Source: Clostridiales bacterium (GTDB lineage: Bacteria; Bacillota; Clostridia; Christensenellales; UBA1242). From it: a stretch of 51,963 nt of DNA. A model generated the notes under the pieces. The model saw only the letters and a list, made by a program, of their open reading frames with translations, was not told where the DNA came from and did no database searches. Positions 28,536 to 37,694 of this stretch are shown here, in pieces. Within the stretch, counting starts at the first letter, position 1, and each line of letters starts with the position of its first letter. Position numbers and translations under genes: made by a program. The stretch covers positions 1 through 51,963 of the forward strand of contig JBNMHL010000002.1 in assembly GCA_050872745.1 (NCBI GenBank). The letters run 5' to 3'.

Positions 28536-29547
28536 TTATTTCACCATACTTCAAAACATTATTTTCAATTACATCACATAAATTAGCGTTGTTGGCTTGT
28601 GCTACTTGAACTATTGCCCCATGGATACTTTCTGATAGACTGTTTCCGTGACATTTAACAACCACTTTTTTAGTTCCTAACATAACTGCTCCTCCATAAG
28701 AAGAATAGTCCAATTTTTGCTTTAAAGTTTTAAATGTTTTACCCATAAAGAGTGCACCTAATTTACTAAAAAATGATTTTTGAATACCACTTTTAAGAGA
28801 TTTCAATACAAATTTAACGGCCCCTTCAGATGATTTTAAAAGAACATTTCCATTAAATCCATCACACACCACAACATCAACATCGCCTGAAAACAAATCT
28901 CTTGCTTCCATGTTACCCACAAAATTTATATCTTTAATTGACTTTAGCATTTCAAAAGTTTGATGAGTTAGTTCATTGCCTTTATGATCCTCAACACCAA
29001 CATTTAATAATGCAATTCTAGGATTTTTAATTCCATACACATACTTCATATATGCATTTGCCATTAGTGCAAAATGGACTAAATTAATTGGCTTACAATC
29101 AACATTAGCTCCACTATCAATAATAGCAACAGAACCACCATTAAAAGTTGGAAGGATTGGACAAGTTGCTGGCCTTGATATACCCTTTATTCTTCCTAAC
29201 TTTAAAAATGCACCAGTTAACACAGCTCCCGTTGAACCTGCACTAACAAATCCCACACAATTATCATTTAACCTCAATTCATCAAATGCTTTAACAATTG
29301 AACTATCCTTCTTAGTTCTAATTGCAGTTGTTGGTGACTCATTGTTAGAAATAATTTCTCTTGCATCAATTATTCTTAATCTATCTTTTGGATATGAAAA
29401 CTTAGATAAAATAGAATTTAATTCATTTTCATTACCAACCAAAACTATATTAAAATTATTATGCTTATTTAAAAATTGAATTGCCCCTTTAACTATTTCG
29501 AAAGGCGCATTATCACCGCCATAAGCATCAACAATAATTTCTTTCAT
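28528..29547 (-). CDS. plsX: Phosphate acyltransferase PlsX
   Basis: It starts MKEIIVDAYGGDNAP. An AGGAGAG SD precedes the ATG at 29547, so the track start at 29613 is an upstream extension. Confidence 0.92.
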   Translation of the reverse strand: MKEIIVDAYGGDNAPFEIVKGAIQFLNKHNNFNIVLVGNENELNSILSKFSYPKDRLRIIDAREIISNNESPTTAIRTKKDSSIVKAFDELRLNDNCVGFVSAGSTGAVLTGAFLKLGRIKGISRPATCPILPTFNGGSVAIIDSGANVDCKPINLVHFALMANAYMKYVYGIKNPRIALLNVGVEDHKGNELTHQTFEMLKSIKDINFVGNMEARDLFSGDVDVVVCDGFNGNVLLKSSEGAVKFVLKSLKSGIQKSFFSKLGALFMGKTFKTLKQKLDYSSYGGAVMLGTKKVVVKCHGNSLSESIHGAIVQVAQANNANLCDVIENNVLKYGEINE

Positions 29548-29709
29548 CTTCTCTCCTAAATAGTTTGCATATAATCGCTCATAACATTTTATCATATTTA
29601 TAAAATAAATCAAAATATATTACACAAAAAATAGTTTCTCAATGTATAAAATATACAATAATATTTTAAAGTTATTATAGCTATTACCATATAATTCAAG
29701 CTTTAAGCC

Positions 29710-29748
29710 AAAAAAGAAAAACCCATATGCCAAAATAACATATGGGTT
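29710..29748 (-). terminator. Intrinsic terminator after rpmF
   Basis: A 10-bp stem AACCCATATG/CATATGGGTT (29720-29748) with a U-run on the minus strand. Confidence 0.75.
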
Positions 29749-29767
29749 AACTTGAAAACTTATAAAA

Positions 29768-29962
29768 CTAAGCTTCTTTCTTTTCTTTTTCAACAATTAT
29801 TTTTTGTTCGCCATTATAATATCCACATTTTTTGCAAACTGCATGGCTAGCTTTAAGTTCGTGGCAATGAGAACATTCAACTAAAGAAGGTGAAGTCATT
29901 TTCCAGTTTGCTTTTCTAGAATTACGCCTTGCTTTTGAGATTTTTCCTTTAGGTGCTATCAT
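29768..29962 (-). CDS. rpmF: 50S ribosomal protein L32
   Basis: MIAPKGKISKARRNSR... with the zinc ribbon CxxC...CxxC. A GGAGGTG SD lies upstream of the ATG at 29962. Confidence 0.93.
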   Translation of the reverse strand: MIAPKGKISKARRNSRKANWKMTSPSLVECSHCHELKASHAVCKKCGYYNGEQKIIVEKEKKEA

Positions 29963-30063
29963 AGTTAGAACACCTCCTTTTATTATTCGCTGAAACATTA
30001 TATAGTAAAATAAAAAATTTGTCAATTATAAACTTAAAATTATTTTTAAAATATGTTAAAAAA

Positions 30064-31266
30064 CTACTTGTTTGCAGACAATAATTTAACACTTTCAAGT
30101 GCGATTGCCATTTCTTCATCTGTTGGGATTATTAATACTTTAACTTTAGAATCTTTTTTAGTTATATCAAAATCGATTCCACGAGTAAAATTCTTATTTG
30201 CATCTTCATCAAAATCAACACCTAAAAATTCTAATCCCCTAATAATTCTTGCTCTAATCTCTGCTTGATTTTCACCTGTTCCAGCTGAGAACACAATAAC
30301 ATCAACCCCACCTAGAATCGCAGCATAAGCACCAATATATTTTTTAACTCTGTAGCAGAACATATCAACGGCAAGTTTAGCTCTTTCATTTGTGTCCATA
30401 ACAGCCAACGAATCTCTAACATCGTTTGAAATTCCGCTGATACCTAAGAAACCACTTTCTTTATTTAAACAATTTAAAACTTGCTTAATATCCCAATTTT
30501 TCTTTTTCATCAAAAATTCAATTACTGCAGGATCAAGGTCACCACAGCGAGTTCCCATCATTAATCCTTCAAGTGGTGTTAAACCCATTGATGTATCCAC
30601 ACATTTACCATCTTTAATAGCGGCAACACTAGCACCATTTCCTAAGTGACAAGTTATAATTTTTAAATCATTTAATGGTTTGTTTAAAAATCTAGCAGTT
30701 TCTTCAGCCAAAAACTTATGACTCGTTCCATGAGCGCCATATTTTTTAACACCAAGTTCTGTGTAGAACTCATATGGTATAGGATAAACACAAGCATATT
30801 CTGGCATTGTTGCATGAAAGCCTGTGTCAAACACGGCAACATTAGGTATTTCTTTTGCAACTTTCATACACGCTTCCACACCTAAAATATTAGGAATCAT
30901 ATGAAGTGGAGCAAAGTCAACACTCGCTCTTAATTCGTTTAATATTTCTTCATTTAACAAAGTTGGTTGGTTATAATTAACACCGCCTTGAACAAATCTA
31001 TGACCAAAGACACTAATTTCATTCAAATCTTTAATAACACCCATTTCTTTATCAAGAAGAGTTGATAAAATCATTTGCATACCGGCACTATGATCTTTTA
31101 TTTCTTTTTTAAATTCATACACTTTGCCATTTACTTTATGGGTTAATTCTGAGCCATCAATACCTATTCTTTGGCAATTTCCTTTAGCTAAAACTTCTTT
31201 TTTATCAATATCAATTAATTGATATTTTATTGAACTACTTCCAGCATTTATAACTAAAACTTTCAT
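30064..31266 (-). CDS. ackA: Acetate kinase
   Basis: It starts MKVLVINAGSSSIKYQL. An AAGGAG SD precedes the ATG at 31266. Confidence 0.95.
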   Translation of the reverse strand: MKVLVINAGSSSIKYQLIDIDKKEVLAKGNCQRIGIDGSELTHKVNGKVYEFKKEIKDHSAGMQMILSTLLDKEMGVIKDLNEISVFGHRFVQGGVNYNQPTLLNEEILNELRASVDFAPLHMIPNILGVEACMKVAKEIPNVAVFDTGFHATMPEYACVYPIPYEFYTELGVKKYGAHGTSHKFLAEETARFLNKPLNDLKIITCHLGNGASVAAIKDGKCVDTSMGLTPLEGLMMGTRCGDLDPAVIEFLMKKKNWDIKQVLNCLNKESGFLGISGISNDVRDSLAVMDTNERAKLAVDMFCYRVKKYIGAYAAILGGVDVIVFSAGTGENQAEIRARIIRGLEFLGVDFDEDANKNFTRGIDFDITKKDSKVKVLIIPTDEEMAIALESVKLLSANK

Positions 31267-31277
31267 ATTTTTCTCCT

Positions 31278-32273
31278 TTATTTTTGAATACAAGTTATTG
31301 CAATTGTAATAACAATTTCATCAACAGATGCACCACGGCTAACATCATTAATCGGCTTTCTAATACCTTGAGCAATAGGTCCAAATGCGAAATAGCCACC
31401 AAACCTTTGCATTATTTTGTAACCAATATTTCCACTCTCTAAGTTTGGAAATACTAAAACGTTAGCATCACCTTTAATTGTTCCATTAGGATTTTTTAAA
31501 TTAGCAACAGTTGGAACAACAGCACAATCCAACTGAACTTCACCATCAAATGTGAAGTTAACGCCCTCATCTTTTAATAATTGTGTTGCACCACGCATTT
31601 TTAATGCGCAGTCACCTTCTGCACTGCCTTTTGTTGAATAAGAAAGCAAAGCAACTTTAGGATCTAAAAATGCAATAGATTTTGCTGAAAAAGCAGATGA
31701 TTTTGCGATCTCAACGATTTCTTGCATATTTGGATTTATATTAACGCCACAATCTGCTAGCAAGAATACTTTTTCATCAGCATTTTCTTGAGGTTTAACC
31801 ATAACAAAAAAGCTACTAATAATACTATCTTTTGATTTTGCTTTAATAATTTGGAACGCAGGTTTAAATGTTTTTGCTGTGCTTATTTCAGCACCCGCAA
31901 CTAAGCCATCAGCCATATCCATTTCAACAAGCATTGTTCCAAAGTATACTGGATCTTTTAATAATTTTTGAGCATCTTCAAATGTTAATCCTTTATTTTT
32001 TCTTAACTCAACAAGTTGATTTGTCATTGTTGGAAGAATATCATTATCAATGTAATTAATAACTTTAATATTCTCATAATCCTCAACGCCATAATCTTTA
32101 AAATTATCATTTCCATCTGTTAAGAAGATAACTTTACAAATGTTATTTTTAGCACATTCTATGCCCGCTAAAGTTATTCTTTCACTAAAACTTGCTTCTG
32201 GAAGCACAATCGTTCTATTTAAGGTTTGAGCACTTTCAATCCATTTCTTTTCAATATTTGTGTTAAATTTCAT
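31278..32273 (-). CDS. pta: Phosphate acetyltransferase
   Basis: A 331-aa short-form Pta directly upstream of ackA, with conserved ...SYSTKGSA... and DVSRGAS regions. Confidence 0.9.
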   Translation of the reverse strand: MKFNTNIEKKWIESAQTLNRTIVLPEASFSERITLAGIECAKNNICKVIFLTDGNDNFKDYGVEDYENIKVINYIDNDILPTMTNQLVELRKNKGLTFEDAQKLLKDPVYFGTMLVEMDMADGLVAGAEISTAKTFKPAFQIIKAKSKDSIISSFFVMVKPQENADEKVFLLADCGVNINPNMQEIVEIAKSSAFSAKSIAFLDPKVALLSYSTKGSAEGDCALKMRGATQLLKDEGVNFTFDGEVQLDCAVVPTVANLKNPNGTIKGDANVLVFPNLESGNIGYKIMQRFGGYFAFGPIAQGIRKPINDVSRGASVDEIVITIAITCIQK

Positions 32274-32387
32274 ATTTTCACCTATTTTTCCTAAATTATT
32301 TGTAGTTTAATATTTTTTAATATATAATATACATAATAATATTACAACATTTAATTCTAAAAAGTAAATCAAATTATTGAGGTAAAG

Positions 32388-33641
32388 ATGAAAATTTGTG
32401 CAATTATAAGCGAATATAACCCATTACACTATGGGCATATGAAACATATAGAAGAATCAAAAGAAAAAACAGGTGCAGATGCAATAATGTGCATAATGGC
32501 TGGTAACTTTGCGCAACGCGGTGAACCAACAATCGTTAATAAGTATGCAAGAGCAAAAATGGCATTAGAAGCTGGTGCCGATATTGTTGTTCAAATTCCA
32601 ACCCCATATTCATGCAGTTCAGCTGAAATATTTGCCCTTGCTGGTGTTAAAATTGCAAATTCATTCGATAATGTTACTCACCTATCGTTTGGTTGCGAGA
32701 CTGCTAATACTAATCTGTTAAAAAAAATAGCTGAGTTTTTAGTAAAAGAGCCTAAAGTTTATAAAGACTTGTTAAAAAAATACCTAGATGAGGGCCACTC
32801 ATTTGCCTCATGTAGGCAAAAAGCTATGTGTGAGCTTGCTAAAAACGGAAACATATCTTTTGGCTCAGATAAAGAAATAGAAGAAATATTAAACCAGCCA
32901 AATAATATTTTAGCCATAGAATATATAAAGGCACTAATAAAAACAAATTCAAAAATTGAACCAGTGTTCACACTACGAAAGAATAGTGATTATTTAAGTG
33001 ATTTGGTGAACGGAAAAGATACAAGTGCAAAAGCAATTAGAAACCATCTATACACCACAAAAAGTATTAGAAAAATAAAAAAATTAGTTCCAAGATCTTC
33101 ATTCGAAATTATTAAAGAAGAGTTAAATCATTTTGGATTGCCAGACTTAACGCTTTATAACGACTTATGTACATTTGTTTTAAACATTAAATCTAAAGAT
33201 GAAATTAAAAATACTTATGATGTTTCAGAAGGACTTGAAAATAAATTCAAAGAAAGCATAAAGAAACTAAAAGATTTAAACGAAGTTTTATTAGATGTTA
33301 AATCAAAAAGATATTCTTACACTAGGCTTAAAAGAATTGTGTTAAGATTGCTATTAAATATCGACTCAGAAACTGTAAAGAAAATATATGAAATTGACAA
33401 ATTACCATTCATAAAGGTTCTAGCCTTTAAATCTAATAGAAAAGATTTATTGAGTGGGATTAACGCCAACACAAACTTAGTTATTAGAAATTCAAATGTT
33501 GAAAAAAATCCATCAGAGTTTTATGAAAAACTTTCTCTAATTGAAGATAACGCAAACGCAATTTATAATCTTCTATTAAAAAAATCTAAAACAATTAAAA
33601 ATTATGCACCAGACTTACTAACAAAAACAATCATTGATTAA
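32388..33641 (+). CDS. tmcAL: tRNA(Met) cytidine acetate ligase TmcAL (YlbM/UPF0348 nucleotidyltransferase)
   Basis: N-terminal IISEYNPLHYGH (HxGH class nucleotidyltransferase). 417 aa. Confidence 0.8.
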   Translation: MKICAIISEYNPLHYGHMKHIEESKEKTGADAIMCIMAGNFAQRGEPTIVNKYARAKMALEAGADIVVQIPTPYSCSSAEIFALAGVKIANSFDNVTHLSFGCETANTNLLKKIAEFLVKEPKVYKDLLKKYLDEGHSFASCRQKAMCELAKNGNISFGSDKEIEEILNQPNNILAIEYIKALIKTNSKIEPVFTLRKNSDYLSDLVNGKDTSAKAIRNHLYTTKSIRKIKKLVPRSSFEIIKEELNHFGLPDLTLYNDLCTFVLNIKSKDEIKNTYDVSEGLENKFKESIKKLKDLNEVLLDVKSKRYSYTRLKRIVLRLLLNIDSETVKKIYEIDKLPFIKVLAFKSNRKDLLSGINANTNLVIRNSNVEKNPSEFYEKLSLIEDNANAIYNLLLKKSKTIKNYAPDLLTKTIID

Positions 33642-33692
33642 TTTTTGTGCTTTATTAATCAATAATTTATTTTAAAGTATTAAGATGTAAAT

Positions 33693-33727
33693 AAAAAGAT
33701 TATGACAAATTAGATCATAATCTTTTT
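33693..33727. terminator. Bidirectional intrinsic terminator between convergent tmcAL and the patatin gene
   Basis: AGATTATGA/TCATAATCT stem (33697-33722), flanked by an A-run and a T-run. Confidence 0.7.
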
Positions 33728-33798
33728 TACTTACATACTACATAATAAACTTAATAATATATAGATCAAATGATTTAATAAAATAATTATTATTTACA

Positions 33799-34602
33799 TC
33801 ATTTGTTCTCAGCAGTCCAATTATCAATAACCCTCTTAATCTCACTCATTTTCTGTTTGGCTGCAATTCTTCCACTTGCTATACTTTTTAAAATCAATTT
33901 CTTTTTAAATGACATTTGAAAAACATCATATTGCTTGGGTTCAATTATAACATCGGTGAAGTTTGGTTTTAGTTCTTGAACGCGTTTATTACACAAACAA
34001 AAAGCGTTCATAATTGCATCTATGGATGATTTGGCATGAGTGTGACAATATTTATAATTCTTTAAAACATCAACTCCAATAACTATATCAGCACCCAGAT
34101 CTTTAGCCACATCATCAGGATAGTTATTTAAAATTCCACCATCAATCAATAGTTTATCACCTAATTCGATAGGAACAAAAACGCCGGGTATATTCATACT
34201 TGCTCTAACAGCAGAAACAATATCACCTTTTTGAGCAATATATTGTTTTGTTGTTTTGATATCAGTTGAAACACAAGCGAACTTTATTTTGCAATCTTCA
34301 ATGTTTTTTACCTTATATATATTTGCTAGAAGTTTTGAAATTTTTTTCCCAGAAAAAATCCCGCCACGCTTAAAATTTAAGTCAATAAATTTTGATAAAT
34401 TCATTTTTTGTGATGATTGTTTTAAGTCATCAATAGTTAATCCACTAGCAAACCCAGCACCAACCACCGCACCCATACTGGTGCCTACTACTAAATCAAT
34501 TTTTATATTATTTTTTAATAATTCTTCAATCACACCAACATGTGCAAATCCAAGAGCTGAGCCTCCACTTAAAACAAGTGCAACAACTGGTTTTTCACTC
34601 AT
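33799..34602 (-). CDS. Patatin-like phospholipase
   Basis: Oxyanion GGSALG, nucleophile elbow GTSMG and catalytic DGG. 267 aa. Confidence 0.85.
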   Translation of the reverse strand: MSEKPVVALVLSGGSALGFAHVGVIEELLKNNIKIDLVVGTSMGAVVGAGFASGLTIDDLKQSSQKMNLSKFIDLNFKRGGIFSGKKISKLLANIYKVKNIEDCKIKFACVSTDIKTTKQYIAQKGDIVSAVRASMNIPGVFVPIELGDKLLIDGGILNNYPDDVAKDLGADIVIGVDVLKNYKYCHTHAKSSIDAIMNAFCLCNKRVQELKPNFTDVIIEPKQYDVFQMSFKKKLILKSIASGRIAAKQKMSEIKRVIDNWTAENK

Positions 34603-34683
34603 AAATTAACCCTCTTTAAACATATAAATATGTGTAATGTATTAATACTTATTTTGCTGTTATTATATCAAAATTATTATAAT

Positions 34684-35658
34684 ATGAAAAGAAAAAAAAT
34701 ATATCTAAGCCTTGTTTTAATTTTTATTTTAATCGCACTAATTTTAAATCCATCATCTAACATGGAAGCATTTTCAAAAGGAATACGTGTTTGGGCAACT
34801 AATGTTTTACCTGCACTTTTCCCTTTCTTTTTATTTACGAAATTACTCTGTGAATTAAATATAATTGAATCTTTCACAAACTATCTTAAGCCAATAACAA
34901 GAAAGCTTTATAATTGTGGTGGAATTTCAGGTTATATTTATCTTATGAGCATAATCTCTGGCTACCCAGTTGGAGCTAAGCTAGTTAGCGACTTTTATAA
35001 AAATGGAATAATAACTAGCGGACAAGCTCATAGAATAATTACATTCACTTCAACTAGTGGTCCATTTTTTATCATAGGCACAGTTGGAATAGGAATGTTT
35101 TTCAATCAAAAAGCAGGCTTTATCATATTAATTTCGCACTTTATTTCCGCAATACTAAACGGACTAATATATAGAAAATATAAAAACAATGAAAAAACTC
35201 CAGAAAAAATATATTCTTTTAATAATGCGGATAACAAAAACATACTACAAGATTGTATGCTAAATAGCATACAAAGCATATTAATTGTTGGCGGTTACGT
35301 TTCTATATTCTTTCTGCTAATAAATATGATTAATGATTTGCACATTTTTAACCCATTGCTAACACTTATCACCAATTTATTTTCAGAACAATTATCAAAT
35401 ATATTAAAAGCCATATTTAACGGATTAATCGAAGTAACGCATGGTTGTTTAGATTTATCAGAAATTGGTTTAAGTATTGAATTAAAAACGATACTTGCAA
35501 CAGCATTAATATCTTTTGGTGGTTTTTCAGTTCATATGCAAGCATACACATTTCTAAAACAAAGTGGAATTAGTTACAAATTTTTCCTTTTACAAAAAAC
35601 AACCCATACTATTATATCTGTTATTATATCTTTGTTATTTACTAGAATTTTATTGTAA
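34684..35658 (+). CDS. ylbJ: Sporulation integral membrane protein YlbJ (nucleoside-recognition/Gate domain)
   Basis: A polytopic membrane protein. The N-terminus from MKRKKIYLS... aligns with B. subtilis YlbJ (...ASIRGLDMWW..VFPSLLPFF). Start taken at the second Met of the track ORF. Confidence 0.7.
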   Translation: MKRKKIYLSLVLIFILIALILNPSSNMEAFSKGIRVWATNVLPALFPFFLFTKLLCELNIIESFTNYLKPITRKLYNCGGISGYIYLMSIISGYPVGAKLVSDFYKNGIITSGQAHRIITFTSTSGPFFIIGTVGIGMFFNQKAGFIILISHFISAILNGLIYRKYKNNEKTPEKIYSFNNADNKNILQDCMLNSIQSILIVGGYVSIFFLLINMINDLHIFNPLLTLITNLFSEQLSNILKAIFNGLIEVTHGCLDLSEIGLSIELKTILATALISFGGFSVHMQAYTFLKQSGISYKFFLLQKTTHTIISVIISLLFTRILL

Positions 35659-35747
35659 ATTTTCACACTAAAATTTAAAAGATAGTTTTAATTAAAATAC
35701 ATATAATGAGCTAAACATAAATATCTAAAAGAAAAGCATTTAGCAGT

Positions 35748-35778
35748 AAAAAAAAAGCCACTGGTAGTGGCTTTTTTT
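35748..35778. terminator. Bidirectional intrinsic terminator
   Basis: AGCCACT/AGTGGCT stem (35756-35772) between an A-run and a T-run. It abuts the stop codon of the minus-strand ORF. Confidence 0.8.
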
Positions 35779-36565
35779 AATTGTTTGAAAGAGTATTAAA
35801 TATTTTAATCAAACACATTTTAACATTATCATATTGAATTTTAACTCTTTTATCTTTTCCCAAAATATACTCTAAAGGAATAACTAAAGCGTTAACAATT
35901 TTAATATTTTCAATTTTCAAAGCTTCTTTAATTGCATTTGTTATAATAAAAACTTCATTTTTTTGATCAGCTTTAATTTTATCATTTTTCAATACGGCTG
36001 AATACAGGTCATTAACAGCAACAACCAAATTAGCGTATAATATTTTATTAGTGTCATTCACTTGAATTTGTTCTTCCATTTTTCCTATTCCCTTTATTGT
36101 TTCGTTATTTTCTTCAGTTGTTTCTTGAGCAATGTTACCATTTTCATCAGCATTCAAAACTTCTTGAACAGCATTTTTAAATGGAACCAAAAAGTTATGA
36201 GCAAAAGATGCATAACTATAATTATACCCTTCTTTATGATAAAAATATTCATTTATGAAACTTTGCAATGAGAATTTTTGATTATCCATATCAAGCAGAA
36301 TACAAAATACCAATGGCAATAGCTTGCTATTATCTTCAGGAAGAACAAAAAAACCACCATCACACGCTTCTGTTCTAATTGCGTTTCTAAATTCTTGCTT
36401 ATAGTTAAAGTTTACTAAACTCTTAGCAAATAAATTATATAATTCTTCACATGTTGCAATGCTTTTAAGTAAATTTGAAATTTTGATATCAGAAATAATA
36501 AATTTCCCTGAAATCATTTCATCGCAACGTTCAAAAAATGTTTTTATCTTTTCATTTTGAGCCAT
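35777..36565 (-). CDS. Hypothetical protein (262 aa), no recognised domain
   Basis: A long ORF with a normal amino-acid mix and its own terminator. It is divergent from the DUF4364 gene. Confidence 0.6.
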   Translation of the reverse strand: MAQNEKIKTFFERCDEMISGKFIISDIKISNLLKSIATCEELYNLFAKSLVNFNYKQEFRNAIRTEACDGGFFVLPEDNSKLLPLVFCILLDMDNQKFSLQSFINEYFYHKEGYNYSYASFAHNFLVPFKNAVQEVLNADENGNIAQETTEENNETIKGIGKMEEQIQVNDTNKILYANLVVAVNDLYSAVLKNDKIKADQKNEVFIITNAIKEALKIENIKIVNALVIPLEYILGKDKRVKIQYDNVKMCLIKIFNTLSNN

Positions 36566-36654
36566 AATACTTCCCTTTTACCCTACTATTATATATATTT
36601 TGCAGATTATAATCAAATAAATAATTGCAATTTATAATTTTTAATTTTAATAGT

Positions 36655-36683
36655 TTGAAATATATAACCCTATGTGATATAAT
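36655..36683 (+). promoter_or_regulatory. Near-consensus sigma-A promoter for the DUF4364-TSCPD pair
   Basis: TTGAAA (36655-36660), a 17-nt spacer ending in TGa, then TATAAT (36678-36683). A GAAGGA SD lies before the ATG at 36716. Confidence 0.55.
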
Positions 36684-36715
36684 TATTCGTAGCAAGTTTT
36701 AAAGAAGGAAAATAT

Positions 36716-37264
36716 ATGTACTATGTTGATAACACAATAAACAAACTTATTCTATTGTTTGTTTTGGATAAAATGGATATTCCACTAACTGAAAATAGCA
36801 TTATTGATATTTGCACAAGCAGAAATAAATGGTTAACATATTTTGATTGCAAACAAATTATGCTAGATTTAATAGATGTTGGTCTAATTTATGTTAATGA
36901 CAAAAACACAGAAAACAATCCAGAAGAAATTAAATATGCAATTACGGTTGATGGAAGAGATTGCTTAAGTAACTTTTATTTAAGAGTTCCACTAAGTGTT
37001 AGAGAAGATATAACAAATTTTGCAAAAGAAAATTTAATGACATTTAAAAAAAGCCAAGAATATTTATCGGACTATCAAAAAAATCCAGATGGATCATTTA
37101 AGGTTATTCTTAAAATTAAAGAACCTCAAATTAATTTATCTCTTATTGAAGTTTCAATAAAAGCTCCAAATAAAGCGACTGCAATTGCAACTTGCAATAA
37201 ATGGACAGATAAAGCACCAAAAGTATTTGAATTTTTATACGATAATTTAATTGAAGAAAATTAG
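36716..37264 (+). CDS. DUF4364 family protein (PadR-like winged helix)
   Basis: 182 aa. The N-terminus INKLILLFVLDKMDIPLTENSIIDIC is typical of clostridial DUF4364 proteins, from memory. Confidence 0.65.
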   Translation: MYYVDNTINKLILLFVLDKMDIPLTENSIIDICTSRNKWLTYFDCKQIMLDLIDVGLIYVNDKNTENNPEEIKYAITVDGRDCLSNFYLRVPLSVREDITNFAKENLMTFKKSQEYLSDYQKNPDGSFKVILKIKEPQINLSLIEVSIKAPNKATAIATCNKWTDKAPKVFEFLYDNLIEEN

Positions 37265-37273
37265 GAGATCATT

Positions 37274-37525
37274 ATGTTTACTTATAAAACTAAAGGAACA
37301 TGCTCAAGAGCAATAAATATTGAAATTGAAAATGATATTATTAAAAATGTTGAATTTGTGGGCGGTTGCCTAGGAAACACTCAAGGAGTTGCAAAACTTT
37401 GCATTGGCAGAAATATTGATGATGTTATTAAAACTCTAAAAGGTATTCAATGCAGAAATAATACTTCTTGCCCAGATCAATTAGCAACCGCATTAGAAGA
37501 ATATAAAGCAAGTAAAAATCAATAA
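37274..37525 (+). CDS. TSCPD-domain protein, TIGR03905-like (4-Cys)
   Basis: 83 aa with the motifs F.GGC.GN, GI.C....TSCPDQLA. Confidence 0.7.
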   Translation: MFTYKTKGTCSRAINIEIENDIIKNVEFVGGCLGNTQGVAKLCIGRNIDDVIKTLKGIQCRNNTSCPDQLATALEEYKASKNQ

Positions 37526-37580
37526 TATAATATTGATAAAAAAGCATTAGCACGATTTTAGATATATATTATAATACAAT

Positions 37581-37623
37581 AAAATCACTAGTTAAATAAT
37601 TGATTATAACTAGTGATTTTTTG
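37581..37623. terminator. Bidirectional intrinsic terminator
   Basis: AAAATCACTAGTTA/TAACTAGTGATTTT stem (37581-37620) followed by a T-run. Confidence 0.75.
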
Positions 37624-37694
37624 TTTCTATATTAATTTAATAACTTATTGATATTGAAATATATAACACCTTAATAATTATTTATTAAGAAATT

